Shown piece by piece: positions 36,875 through 46,754 of a stretch of DNA of 64,000 bases (positions within the stretch are counted from its first letter, which is position 1; each line of letters begins with the position of its first letter). The position numbers were made by a program, and so were the translations under genes. Source of the DNA: a virus. Location of the stretch: the IMG/VR virus record IMGVR_UViG_3300044908_000026, positions 4,030 through 68,029 of that record, one strand, 5' to 3'. Below the pieces are notes generated by a model. It searched no databases. It was given only the letters and a program-made list of their open reading frames with translations, and was not told the origin of the DNA.

Positions 36875-38514
36875 CAGTATCCCAGTGCGTTAGGCGCGCC
36901 AGCGGATGATCCTACGGCTGCTGTCGCCAATCCCTTCCCAAGTCCCTGCTCAAGCTGTCCGCTGAACGTCGAGTTGTTCAAACCCAAGCCCCATTGCGCG
37001 CCCGTCGCCGTCGCCTGGTTCATCGCGCCCAGCGTCGTCGCGTTCGCCGTGTTCTCCGCGCCGGTGTAGCCGAGCGAAGTATTGGCGTTCGCGTTCGCCT
37101 GACCCGTCGACCAGTTCAGGAAGTTGTTCTGGCCCGCGATCCGCGCATTGGCCGCTGCCTGGTAGGCCGCGCTCTGCGTGTTCGTCACAGCGGTATTCTG
37201 ATTGAACGTATTCTGCTGCTGGTACATCGTGTTGGTTAGTTGGTTCTGGTACTGCTGGTTGGCGTAGGTTGTGTTCAACTGGTTGACGTTCGCCGCCAGA
37301 TTCTCGCCAGTCGTTTGTCCGTATTCCTGACCCGCAGTCATCTGCTGTCCGACGTTTTGCTCTATGCCGATACCGGCATTACCGCCGTACATCGCGTTCT
37401 GATACGCCGCATTCGCTTCGTTCGTTGTGGCGCTCATGCCGAGATTGGCAAGATTCTGTTCCGCCGCGAGGCTTGACTGCTGATAGTTATTCGCTTCTCC
37501 CAATTGCTGGCCTAGCAGGTTCTCGCCCGCGCCCACCTGCATCCCGGACTCGGTCTGTTGCGCCCCCAGTTGAGTTTGCGCGTAATTCATCTCCAACGAC
37601 CGCTGTTGGGCCTGCGCTGCGAGCGTGGCGTTCGTCACGGCGGCGGCAGATGCTTCGTCACCCTGCACTCTGTTCTGCTGCTGAAGCGCCGCTACGCTCA
37701 TCGGATCGGCATTCCCCGATGCGAGTGCGGCGTTCTCGTAAGCCTGATTCTGCGCGGCTGTCGCGGCCCCGACTCCGGTTGCGGCCTGGTTCTCGATCTG
37801 CTGAACCTGCGCGTCGCTCATGTTGTAGGTGTTCGGGTTCAGATCGTTGGTAAGCGATAGGTTCGCGTTCGTGTCTGCTGCTCCGATATTGCTCGCCGCG
37901 CCCGTGTACGCCCCTTCTACCGAGTTCAGGAATGAACCCGTTGGGTCGTAGGACAAGCCGGGATTGCTCATCGCCGAGTCATAACCCGCACCCATGTTGG
38001 CTTGCGCGGTGCCGAGCGCAGTGTCCGCATTGGTCAAAAACTGCTGCTGGTTCCCTTGGCTGGTGTTGACCGTGTTGAGAATGGCGTTTGGATCAAAACT
38101 GTTGTAGAGCGAGTTCGGATCACCGAGCATCGCGGCGGATTGCGCTTGCGTCGGCGCGAGCGAAGCGTAGCCCTGTGGAGTGGTTTCACCTGCCTGATAC
38201 TGACTTGTCTGGAGGATGTTTCCGAGTTCGTCGGTCGTGTAGCCGGGGGTGTTGCCAATGTTCGCGCCTTCAACGTTCGCGGCATTGGCGTAAGCAGATT
38301 GCGCGTTATTATAGTACTGTTGCTGGTTCGCGTCGTAGGCTTCTAGCTGGCTTCCAATGGCAGAGCTTGCGAGGCGATTCTGCATCTGCTGCGCGCCGGG
38401 ATCTCCCAAGTTCGTTACAGGCACAACCATCCCCGGACTCATCATATTCGGCGTCATCGCCGTAGGCTGTTGAGTCTGGAGAATTGCGCTGTAATCGATT
38501 GGGGCTGAAGCCAT
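36874..38514 (-). CDS. Putative DNA pilot/ejection protein (Q/N/A/G-rich)
   Basis: Low-complexity helical sequence with very few K/R. Confidence 0.6.
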   Translation of the reverse strand: MASAPIDYSAILQTQQPTAMTPNMMSPGMVVPVTNLGDPGAQQMQNRLASSAIGSQLEAYDANQQQYYNNAQSAYANAANVEGANIGNTPGYTTDELGNILQTSQYQAGETTPQGYASLAPTQAQSAAMLGDPNSLYNSFDPNAILNTVNTSQGNQQQFLTNADTALGTAQANMGAGYDSAMSNPGLSYDPTGSFLNSVEGAYTGAASNIGAADTNANLSLTNDLNPNTYNMSDAQVQQIENQAATGVGAATAAQNQAYENAALASGNADPMSVAALQQQNRVQGDEASAAAVTNATLAAQAQQRSLEMNYAQTQLGAQQTESGMQVGAGENLLGQQLGEANNYQQSSLAAEQNLANLGMSATTNEANAAYQNAMYGGNAGIGIEQNVGQQMTAGQEYGQTTGENLAANVNQLNTTYANQQYQNQLTNTMYQQQNTFNQNTAVTNTQSAAYQAAANARIAGQNNFLNWSTGQANANANTSLGYTGAENTANATTLGAMNQATATGAQWGLGLNNSTFSGQLEQGLGKGLATAAVGSSAGAPNALGY

Positions 38515-38529
38515 TGGTATCCCCTTAGT

Positions 38530-39000
38530 TTAGAACGTCTGGTTGATAGGCGGCGGACCCTGCGGCCCCGGACCGCTCGGAGGCGGTGCGCTCATCGGCT
38601 GCGCCGGTGCCGTTGGCGGTGCGGCGGGTGCGCCCGTCATCCTGAGCCTTTGGATCATCGCTGGATTTTGCTGCGGAGCACCACCTGGAGGCATCGCGCC
38701 CTGTCCCGGCGGCGGACCCTGCGGCCCACCCGGAGCCGTCATCGGACGCGCGGGCGGCACGAACTGCTGAGGCGGGGCGGGTGCTCCAGGGGGCGGCATC
38801 GGGCGACCCGTCGGAGGCGGTCCCCCTGGGCCAACGGCAGTACTTCCCGGTTGGTAGGGCATCGGCGGAGAACCACCAGCCTGGGGCATCAACTGAGACT
38901 GTGGCGCTCCCGCTTGGTTGCCCCACGCTGGACCTGTGGGCCGATTCTGATTGTTGCCCCATGCGGCTTGCGAATTGCCCGGAGGCATAGAGGGTGTCAT
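38530..39000 (-). CDS. Pro/Gly-rich disordered protein
   Basis: RBS AGGAG; composition. Confidence 0.6.
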   Translation of the reverse strand: MTPSMPPGNSQAAWGNNQNRPTGPAWGNQAGAPQSQLMPQAGGSPPMPYQPGSTAVGPGGPPPTGRPMPPPGAPAPPQQFVPPARPMTAPGGPQGPPPGQGAMPPGGAPQQNPAMIQRLRMTGAPAAPPTAPAQPMSAPPPSGPGPQGPPPINQTF

Positions 39001-39034
39001 TTGGAAGCTCCTATTGTGAGTAATGTTAGCAAAA

Positions 39035-39868
39035 TCATGATGTTTGGAAAGTCAAACCTTCTAGGGAAATGTTCCCGATAGTTCCGAAACTGGAAACCGC
39101 AACCTGTCCATTCGCGGCAATCATCACAAAGGTGGTGTTGTTTCCGCCAGAGTTCCAACAAACAAGATTTACCTGCTTGGCTGGCTGATAGCCGGAAGGC
39201 AGCGTGAAGGCGACCGTATTATTGCTGCCCGTATTGATATTTCCGCTTAGCCGTACGGAATCAATCCCCTCGGTTCGATACCGGGCTTGATTGTATGTGC
39301 TCGTGCCAGTGTTTGCCCAACCATTCTGAAAGCCAACCCCACCGCTGACATTCTGCCAAGGCCCCGGTGCCGGCTGACCAGCGACGGCAAAGGAAGATCC
39401 GTTCCAAATCCTGAGCGTGACGGTCTGATCCACACAGAGAGTTCCGAGTCCTGGACTCGCCAATTCGTCGACAATAATCGTTCCGCCACTCGACCACGCG
39501 CCGGGATTGCTTCCAAGCGCGTATTTGATCGTGGTGCCGGTGGTTCCAGAGGTGGTCACTAGGTCAGTACCGTTGTAACCAGTAGGGGTGACGCCGGATA
39601 GAGAGAAACGCTGGCCCACGGCGAAGTTGTGGCTCGTGCTAACCGTGAGGGTGACGATGCCACCTGACCAACTTGCCGCTGTGACGGTGTATGTATTGCC
39701 GGGGATATCGCCGGGGACCAGCGTCACCCACGCCAAATTAGGCAAGCCGTATTTAGCGAAGTCCATGTTGGAGCCGCGCGTGGCGATGTCGGCGGCGATG
39801 TTCTGGAAATCGGTAACGCCGGGTTTGGTGGTCGTCGTCCAACTTGCGGGGTTGAATAGTTCCGCCAT
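39035..39868 (-). CDS. Tail fibre/minor tail protein
   Basis: C-terminal W..V..QNGW..ARYR..V.LSG.I..VAFTLPSGYQP domain. Confidence 0.7.
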   Translation of the reverse strand: MAELFNPASWTTTTKPGVTDFQNIAADIATRGSNMDFAKYGLPNLAWVTLVPGDIPGNTYTVTAASWSGGIVTLTVSTSHNFAVGQRFSLSGVTPTGYNGTDLVTTSGTTGTTIKYALGSNPGAWSSGGTIIVDELASPGLGTLCVDQTVTLRIWNGSSFAVAGQPAPGPWQNVSGGVGFQNGWANTGTSTYNQARYRTEGIDSVRLSGNINTGSNNTVAFTLPSGYQPAKQVNLVCWNSGGNNTTFVMIAANGQVAVSSFGTIGNISLEGLTFQTS

Positions 39869-39873
39869 GCTGG

Positions 39874-40056
39874 TTACACCTCGAAGTCAATGGGCTCGGG
39901 CTGCAATTTGCCGGAGTGGTCGGGGACCGTTCCGGTAGGGACCCCAGCCAAAGCGCAAGCAGCGGCCTCGGCAGTCGCCCGGTCTGGGGCCGTGCCGGTG
40001 AAGCGGCGGTTGTGGCCATTCTTGTCCACGATGGTGATGCTGAAAATGTATTTCAT
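39874..40056 (-). CDS. Small hypothetical protein
   Basis: ATGA coupling. Confidence 0.5.
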   Translation of the reverse strand: MKYIFSITIVDKNGHNRRFTGTAPDRATAEAAACALAGVPTGTVPDHSGKLQPEPIDFEV

Positions 40057-40430
40057 TTGTCAGTTTCCTTTTCTGGTTCGAGTAATGGCATCAAGGCTAG
40101 GATCTGGTCAGCGGAGATGGCGGGTAACTTGTCAATGAGCAGGCGAGGCAAAGGCGAGCAGTCGATCTGCACCTGCTCGGCACGGAACGGGGCGAGTTCG
40201 GCCTGCATCGCGGCCAGCTTGTTGGCAGGGACTTGGATCTGGCCGTCAGACTCCGTGCCATAGCGCCGGAAGATTTGCAGGTTGCCTTCGTGAGCGGCCT
40301 GGATCTCGGCGAGGACTTTGGTTAGGAATACAGCCACTTTGAAACCGTAGACAGGTGGGAGCGGGGCCTTGCGGAGGAAGGCGAGGGTGTCTGAGGCGTC
40401 GAGGAGTTGGCCGATGGTCAAGGTTATCAT
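40053..40430 (-). CDS. Tail assembly chaperone-like protein
   Basis: L..L...LP....KV...L.....YG pattern; tail context. Confidence 0.5.
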   Translation of the reverse strand: MITLTIGQLLDASDTLAFLRKAPLPPVYGFKVAVFLTKVLAEIQAAHEGNLQIFRRYGTESDGQIQVPANKLAAMQAELAPFRAEQVQIDCSPLPRLLIDKLPAISADQILALMPLLEPEKETDK

Positions 40431-40447
40431 GAACCTACATTATCCCC

Positions 40448-40477
40448 TTGACAGCGTATTGCATTCTGCTGTACACT
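40448..40477 (+). promoter_or_regulatory. Sigma70 promoter with inverted repeat, leaderless
   Basis: TTGACA-18-TACACT; ACAGC-N12-GCTGT spanning the spacer; ATG 6 nt after the -10. Confidence 0.7.
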
Positions 40478-40483
40478 TGAGCC

Positions 40484-40624
40484 ATGAAGAAATCGAAAAC
40501 ATACCGGATCAGCGATGAGGGCATTCGGCTTGCAGCGGCTCTAGCAAAGAAACTCGGGGTTGCTGAGACGGCGGTAGTAGAACTTGCTATTCGCGGTCTG
40601 GCAAAGGAAGAAAAGATCAAATGA
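40484..40624 (+). CDS. Ribbon-helix-helix protein, 46 aa
   Basis: Own translation MKKSKTYRISDEGIRLAAALAKKLGVAETAVVELAIRGLAKEEKIK. Confidence 0.75.
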   Translation: MKKSKTYRISDEGIRLAAALAKKLGVAETAVVELAIRGLAKEEKIK

Positions 40625-40953
40625 CACTCTCCGAAATCAAACGTGAACTTCACGAATGGATCGCTCAGCATGGTGGACCCGTGCAGTATTTCCACGTGCA
40701 TGTCGGCTTTGACTCCTACAAGTGCGTTATCTGCCACTACGAATTACGATTCCATCTGCTTGAATACATTAACAAGCAATGGGAACACGTTTACATCAAC
40801 AGCATCGGCGCTCCACATTCTATTGCAGAGATCCAGGAATACGCCGACGAAGCGGTGCTCAAACTTTTAATCAACACGGAACGATGGCCCCTTACTGAGT
40901 GGGCACTCGCCCCGCCGATTCCACAACTGACTACCATAAAGGAACCTCAATGA
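40621..40953 (+). CDS. Hypothetical protein (moron)
   Basis: ATGA coupling; more AT-rich than flanks. Confidence 0.6.
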   Translation: MTLSEIKRELHEWIAQHGGPVQYFHVHVGFDSYKCVICHYELRFHLLEYINKQWEHVYINSIGAPHSIAEIQEYADEAVLKLLINTERWPLTEWALAPPIPQLTTIKEPQ

Positions 40954-41354
40954 AACTCGCACTCGCATCCCTCTTCATTTTCGCTACGTCCTTCGCGGCT
41001 GCTCAACCGACCACTACCACATTTGCATTGAACTTCAGTTCGACGCGCATCGCCCAGCTCAACAGCCAAGGGTTCATACTTCCCTCGCCACAGCTACCCT
41101 TTCTCCAGATATTCATCGTCAGTAACATACAAATCGGCAACGCGGCCTACACGATCTCCGTTTCATACTCGGACCCGAAGGGCAACCCTAAGGCGCAAAC
41201 AGCTACCTGTACGGCGTCACAAACTCCATTCGGGCAGGACGGGACCACGCTGACCCAATGCCTCGTGTACTTAGACGCCATTAATGGTGCCACCGTCACG
41301 ATCACTCCGCTCCTGCCTGTTGCCACATTGCCGTCCATCTCGGTACTGCCCTAA
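40950..41354 (+). CDS. Secreted beta-rich protein (moron)
   Basis: MKLALASLFIFATSFAAA|Q signal; one Cys pair. Confidence 0.7.
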   Translation: MKLALASLFIFATSFAAAQPTTTTFALNFSSTRIAQLNSQGFILPSPQLPFLQIFIVSNIQIGNAAYTISVSYSDPKGNPKAQTATCTASQTPFGQDGTTLTQCLVYLDAINGATVTITPLLPVATLPSISVLP

Positions 41355-43366
41355 GTCACAATAACTCCGGCTATCACACTATACCCGGCAGTGATAGCGG
41401 CGGCCAGGGTTCCTGTGAACCCAGTCTGCCCGCCTATATTTATGATCGGATTACCTCCAGAGCCAGAGGTTGGCTGAATCTGTATAAGGTGAGCCCCGCT
41501 AACCGACGATCCGAGTTCTAAGATACCAGCAACGCCGCCTGTGACGTTCTGCCATCCAAACTGGCAAAACATGTGGGTTCCTGTATAATCCAAAATTGCT
41601 AGGCCGTCTGCGACTGATACTATGGACATTACCGTGCCGCCATCTGTTACGATAAGACCAGCCGGATTGGAAGTAAAAGTTCCAGTAGGAACAGCGTTTG
41701 CAATAGTGGTAGTAAGGCCACCGGCGGTCACCTCAAACCCGTTTGTACAAGTGATAGTTGGGCTCGTAATTGAGATCGTCGCCGAGATCGTACCGGCTGT
41801 CAGCTTGGTTGCCGATAGGCTGGTAATGTTGGCGTCCGTGATCGTCGCGCTGGCGATCTTCGCCCCAGTGATCGTAGCCGTAGCGATCAGCGCGTTGGTG
41901 ATGACCCCCGTCCCGATGTTCGCCGTTCCAATGGTGGCGCTGGCAATGTTGGCCCCGGTGATGGTGGCAGACTGGATTTGAGCCCCGGACACCGCAAGGT
42001 TGGCAATGAGTGCGTTGGTGATCGCCGCGTTCTGGATTGCCGCTGTGCCGACAGCCGCTGCCGCGATCGCCGTGCTGGTGACGGAGCCGGTAGCAAGGTT
42101 GGCAGCCTGGACCGCGAGCGAGGCCAGCAGCGGGTTGGTTATGGCAAGGTTCTGCACGTTGATTGTGGCGACCGCTCCCGACCCGAGCAGGGAGTTCGTG
42201 ATCCCCGCCGTCGCCACCCCGAACAGCCCGTTCACAATCGCCATGGACGCGGCAATGGTAGAGGTGATGATGGCGCTCGCGTCCGTCGTACCTACCGTGG
42301 ACCCATACACAATCGGGAAACTTGGGGTGATGCCGGGGACGATGTTATTACCCTGGAACACGCCAGACGCATTGACGAGCCCAGCCACTAGCCACACAAC
42401 AGCATTGGTCACGGCGGTCGGCGTGTCCAGTACAAAGCTATGGGGCGTGGTGAGTTGCGAGATGCCATCGGCGGGCGCAACCACCGGGCCGGCCTGAGTA
42501 TAAAGCTGCCCGCCGTTTAGCACCGTCTGGTTCGCGGCAAGCGTTGGGTCAGTCCCCGCCATCGTCAGCACCAATTGAAAGCACCAGCCGGGGATGACTG
42601 GCGTATCGGCCACCTGCACATACACTGGTGTCTCCAGCTTACCGGTGACATTGACCGGAGCCAAAGCATCGGCGACGATGGTGACCAGACCGCCAGACGC
42701 TATCGTTAGTCCCGTGATGTTGGTGCCGTTGGCAGGCGTGCCGGAAGCGACCGAGACAAGGGTAAAGGTTTGGCTTGGTGTCGGACTAGGCTGGTTCGCT
42801 TCCACCAACGTATTTTGAATTGGGCCGGATACCGAGTTCGCGTAGACACGGGATGGGATATTGATACTCGCATTGATCCCTGGAGGTCCTGGAATGTTCG
42901 GGATTGTCAGGCGAGCAGCGAGCGCGCCGATAGGGAAGGTACCACAATCTATTGGCGTCCAAGGTCCGATGAGGGAAGCGGTGCCGGACAAGTCTGTAGT
43001 CCCAACCTGGACCGGCGTCCCGCTCGACTGATCCGGTACTTCTAAATAGATGTGGCAGCCTGTAATCGTGTCGCCGGGGTCGGTCGGTGGGGTCACTTGC
43101 ACTTGCAGAGCGATGGCAAGGGTGTTTGGGTCGATGAATCCGGTCACCACAATCGCGGTGACATTCCCAGGCGGTGTCGTGCTCACCGGAATGGGCGGGA
43201 ATGGAATATTAGAGATTTGAAACTGTGTGGATCGGCTGTTTTGATTTACAGATTGCTCAACGAGATTCAGCGCCTGCGCAATGTAAATATCCGTCACCCG
43301 CCCGCCGTTGCGAATCGAGTTCGTCAACGCGCCAATAGCCAGCGGACTGCTTGTTGTCGGCGTCAT
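41351..43366 (-). CDS. Tail fibre/spike with beta-helical repeats
   Basis: Repeated IT.A.IA.ATI units of about 10 aa; follows the tail stabilisation gene. Confidence 0.75.
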   Translation of the reverse strand: MTPTTSSPLAIGALTNSIRNGGRVTDIYIAQALNLVEQSVNQNSRSTQFQISNIPFPPIPVSTTPPGNVTAIVVTGFIDPNTLAIALQVQVTPPTDPGDTITGCHIYLEVPDQSSGTPVQVGTTDLSGTASLIGPWTPIDCGTFPIGALAARLTIPNIPGPPGINASINIPSRVYANSVSGPIQNTLVEANQPSPTPSQTFTLVSVASGTPANGTNITGLTIASGGLVTIVADALAPVNVTGKLETPVYVQVADTPVIPGWCFQLVLTMAGTDPTLAANQTVLNGGQLYTQAGPVVAPADGISQLTTPHSFVLDTPTAVTNAVVWLVAGLVNASGVFQGNNIVPGITPSFPIVYGSTVGTTDASAIITSTIAASMAIVNGLFGVATAGITNSLLGSGAVATINVQNLAITNPLLASLAVQAANLATGSVTSTAIAAAAVGTAAIQNAAITNALIANLAVSGAQIQSATITGANIASATIGTANIGTGVITNALIATATITGAKIASATITDANITSLSATKLTAGTISATISITSPTITCTNGFEVTAGGLTTTIANAVPTGTFTSNPAGLIVTDGGTVMSIVSVADGLAILDYTGTHMFCQFGWQNVTGGVAGILELGSSVSGAHLIQIQPTSGSGGNPIINIGGQTGFTGTLAAAITAGYSVIAGVIVT

Positions 43367-45339
43367 CGGCGCACCGCCCAGGGGTAGTACCTTTCCCTTA
43401 AAGCACTCACCTTCATCCAATCACCCGGATTAACGCCGGACACGAACCGAATCGAGCACCGCTCCGATGTGATGTAAAACTGCCGCCAGTACTCGACGCC
43501 GGGATTCACCGACAACTGAATCGGCTTGGTCCACTGCTTCGCTACCGTGCGATCAAGCCCGTAACTGGTAATGACGGGCTGGCCCACTCCGGTCAATCGC
43601 GTATACGCCCCGACGTGCGCCATCACCGTTCCTGCCGAACCATCCGGCTGCGGCGCGCATTCCCACTGGAAACTGATGCCAGCTTGATTCGGCGAAGCCC
43701 CCGGTTCCCAATCGTTCGGCCATGTGCTCGCATCATCCGTCTCGTTCATCTGCCGGAGCACCGGCCCCGCAGTCGCATCGCTCAACAGGAACTCTTGCCG
43801 CGAGGTCGAATTGTTCTGGCAAACACACAGACCGCGCGGCTCAAAACCACCCTGGATGTTCCACAGCGAGTACCGAATGGTCGTGTAATCGAGTCCATCG
43901 GCGTAGTCGAACATCATCAGGTGCGAAGGTGTTGTCGCTCCGTCCAGCGGCACTGCTACAACGATTTCTTTGATGTCCTTGTTGTCCGACATCCGAATCG
44001 TCTGTGCCGCCGCCCAGTTGATTCGCCGCCAATCCGAATCCACCATGAACGTCAGCGGATTGTCCGCATAATTTCCGTTGAAGATATAGAGCCCCGTGAT
44101 GTGAACGACTGCCACCCACTCCCCCGATGATCCGACCAGCGTTCCGAATACACACGCCGCGCCGATCTTCGCATCGACCAGCGCCGGAGTCGGCCACGTA
44201 ACCGGCTGACCTCCGGTGTCCTGGAACGCATAGGTCCAGTGCGGCCCGAGGACATAGAGCACGCTTTGAAAAACGAACCCAGAAGTGATCGCCTGAAACC
44301 CCGGCAGGAACACTTCATGAAACTGCTGCGTCAATTGCTGAGCATTGTTCGGTTCGCTCGCATAGAACACCGGCAAATTCTCGGCGTTCAGCGTCAGGTA
44401 AACCGACCGCTGCCCATAGATGATGCACATGAACGGCGAGAACGGCCCGTTTCCGCTTGAGTCCTGCGTCAAGAAGAACTGGTTGTTCGTAACGTCCGTG
44501 GCGTCCGCGATCAACGTCACGTCGTCGATGTCGATGGTAAAATTCACCGTCGTCGCGCCGCTCACGCCGTACGTCTGCCCAGGCACGAGGAAGTACTGGA
44601 ACGCATTCGTCGTGGCCGTCATGACGATCTGGATTTCGTCCACATCAGGCGGGAAGGTCACGCCGGAGATGACACCGGTGATGGTTTCCCCGCCGGGCGC
44701 CACAATCGAGGAAGTCTGATCCGGCGTGCTCGTACCGCTCACAACAGGGCAAATCGGACCAGTAAACCCCGTGCGCGTCGTCATCACATAGCCGACAAAA
44801 TGGGAGCCCGCAGTGACCGTTCCCGTTCCCGCATTAGCCAACGTAGGCTTACCGACAATAGGACCCTGAAACGCTACATCCACTGCAATCGTGAAAAGCG
44901 AGTAAATTCCAGCGATCTGCATTTGCGCCGCGCCCGATCCAGCCGAATTAAACGTAGGCAAAAACAACTGGTTCCCGTTAGATGCCGGAGCGACCGCCTC
45001 AGCCGTCACCGAAAACAGCGGGAACCGCGATGGAGAAGAAAGATTGGCGACCCACTCAACCGCGCCGTCAGTCGCATTGTAGAGCACCAGATAGTTTCCA
45101 GCCGTCGATACCCCGTCTGGCGCTTTGATCCAGTTGAATAGCGAAGTGATGACCTTATTGGGATTCCAGAGCAACCCAAAACCGTTACGGGTCATTACCT
45201 CGCCGGGGTTGTACTCGCAGTTCAGCGAAAGGAGCGCTTCAGACGCTGGGACGCTGGCGGGGTCCGGGCGCAACCACGCGCCGCGAAAGTCCCCTACAAT
45301 CGAATCCTGCGTCTGAACGCCGACGGGAAGAATCGCCAC
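43363..45339 (-). CDS. Tail hub/stabilisation (P22 gp10/T7 gp12-like) protein
   Basis: Size, beta-propeller-like composition and podoviral synteny; GTG start inferred. Confidence 0.6.
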   Translation of the reverse strand: MAILPVGVQTQDSIVGDFRGAWLRPDPASVPASEALLSLNCEYNPGEVMTRNGFGLLWNPNKVITSLFNWIKAPDGVSTAGNYLVLYNATDGAVEWVANLSSPSRFPLFSVTAEAVAPASNGNQLFLPTFNSAGSGAAQMQIAGIYSLFTIAVDVAFQGPIVGKPTLANAGTGTVTAGSHFVGYVMTTRTGFTGPICPVVSGTSTPDQTSSIVAPGGETITGVISGVTFPPDVDEIQIVMTATTNAFQYFLVPGQTYGVSGATTVNFTIDIDDVTLIADATDVTNNQFFLTQDSSGNGPFSPFMCIIYGQRSVYLTLNAENLPVFYASEPNNAQQLTQQFHEVFLPGFQAITSGFVFQSVLYVLGPHWTYAFQDTGGQPVTWPTPALVDAKIGAACVFGTLVGSSGEWVAVVHITGLYIFNGNYADNPLTFMVDSDWRRINWAAAQTIRMSDNKDIKEIVVAVPLDGATTPSHLMMFDYADGLDYTTIRYSLWNIQGGFEPRGLCVCQNNSTSRQEFLLSDATAGPVLRQMNETDDASTWPNDWEPGASPNQAGISFQWECAPQPDGSAGTVMAHVGAYTRLTGVGQPVITSYGLDRTVAKQWTKPIQLSVNPGVEYWRQFYITSERCSIRFVSGVNPGDWMKVSALRERYYPWAVRR

Positions 45340-45350
45340 ATCACCATCCC

Positions 45351-46745
45351 TTACATCGCCCGGAGTCTGATGCTCGACTGGAACCCGGCGAGCGACCCAA
45401 GGGTTCCGCCGTTGAGTGTCCCAAGCCGATCCCCGGCTCGCAGGAACCGTGAGTGCAATGCGACCAACGTCGCAAACACAGGTACGTTGATGGTTCCAGT
45501 GGTCAGGAATCCAGTGCTCGAATTGTCCGTCTGAAGAATAGTCCCGGCGCCGGGTGTCTGCGTCCCGGTATCCGCCGTGATGCCTACAACCGCGCTGGTT
45601 CCACCGACGTGGGACCACTTGCCCGAGAAGTCCAGAACTTCGTAATCGCGATCCGCGATCCAGAACTCTTCGTTCGTTCCCACGGTCGAGTTCTGCGGAT
45701 TGTAGTCGATTTGCACCTCGCCCATGTTTCCCGCGAAAGCCAACGTCACGAGCACGCCCGCGATAGCAGTAGGAGTTGCGGAGCCAGCCAGCAGCACAGC
45801 CACGCTGTCGGTAGCGTTGAATGATAGATTCGCGGCAGTTCCCAAGACAAACGCAGTTGGCGTGTTGGCGGTTCCTTTGAGCGTCAGCGCCGTCGCAATC
45901 GCCGTACCAGCGCCGGGGGCTGTACCGCTCGCATCCTTGGTCACATTCAGCGTCAAGGTTCCCGTCGCCGTCTCGGGAGTGGACACCAGCAGCGTGCCGT
46001 AAAGCAGCGTGCGCGGACGCATAGCGGTCATCAACGAAAGAGTCTGCACTGAAGCAGCGGGAGCAGCAACATAGGAAACGAAATGGAATTGCGAGCCCGG
46101 CGTCATGTAGAGCGTGATTGTCAGCCCCACTAGAGTGGTCAGCGTACCCGCGAACACGATGCTGAGAGAATCTCCAGGCTGGAGAACGATCAGCCCAGCT
46201 CCGGGATTCGCATTCGTAACGCTTATGCCGCGAGAAGCCCGCAGGTAGGGGGATGCCAACACGCCAGCCTGTAGGGTTTCTGCGGTTGCTGTCGTACTCA
46301 GCCCAAAGGTCCCAGTTTGGATTACCTTGCCGGTTCCGGGAGCCTGCTGAGTCCCGTTGACAGTGGCCTCATGCGTGATCGAAGCCGTCGCGCCGGCGAC
46401 CGTGCCGACAGTCGTCAGGATGCAGTTAATTCCCTTGATAGCCAAGGTGCGCGGCGTCGGATTGACAAAGAAAGCCTGCGTGACCATGTTCGCGTTCGGG
46501 TAAAGATGAATGGTGGTTGACTCGCGGACAGGGTTCACAACCGCCTCGCCGAGGCGCAGGTTGTTGTTGGGATCGAGGCCGATCAGCGGAACCTCGTTCG
46601 TAAGGGTCGCGTCCCATGAGGACCATTGGTATCCGTTGCCGATGGACTGGTCGGTCTGATCCACCTGTCCGCCGGTTTCGATGCGTTGCATCCACGGAGC
46701 CTGAACTGCGGCCCATATGTTATTTACTGGTTTGCTGACTGACAT
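45351..46745 (-). CDS. Virion structural protein with three tandem beta-sandwich repeats
   Basis: Three copies of (A/T)PG.G..I ... L..GD.L-like units. Confidence 0.6.
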   Translation of the reverse strand: MSVSKPVNNIWAAVQAPWMQRIETGGQVDQTDQSIGNGYQWSSWDATLTNEVPLIGLDPNNNLRLGEAVVNPVRESTTIHLYPNANMVTQAFFVNPTPRTLAIKGINCILTTVGTVAGATASITHEATVNGTQQAPGTGKVIQTGTFGLSTTATAETLQAGVLASPYLRASRGISVTNANPGAGLIVLQPGDSLSIVFAGTLTTLVGLTITLYMTPGSQFHFVSYVAAPAASVQTLSLMTAMRPRTLLYGTLLVSTPETATGTLTLNVTKDASGTAPGAGTAIATALTLKGTANTPTAFVLGTAANLSFNATDSVAVLLAGSATPTAIAGVLVTLAFAGNMGEVQIDYNPQNSTVGTNEEFWIADRDYEVLDFSGKWSHVGGTSAVVGITADTGTQTPGAGTILQTDNSSTGFLTTGTINVPVFATLVALHSRFLRAGDRLGTLNGGTLGSLAGFQSSIRLRAM

Positions 46746-46754
46746 TTTGTCTCC

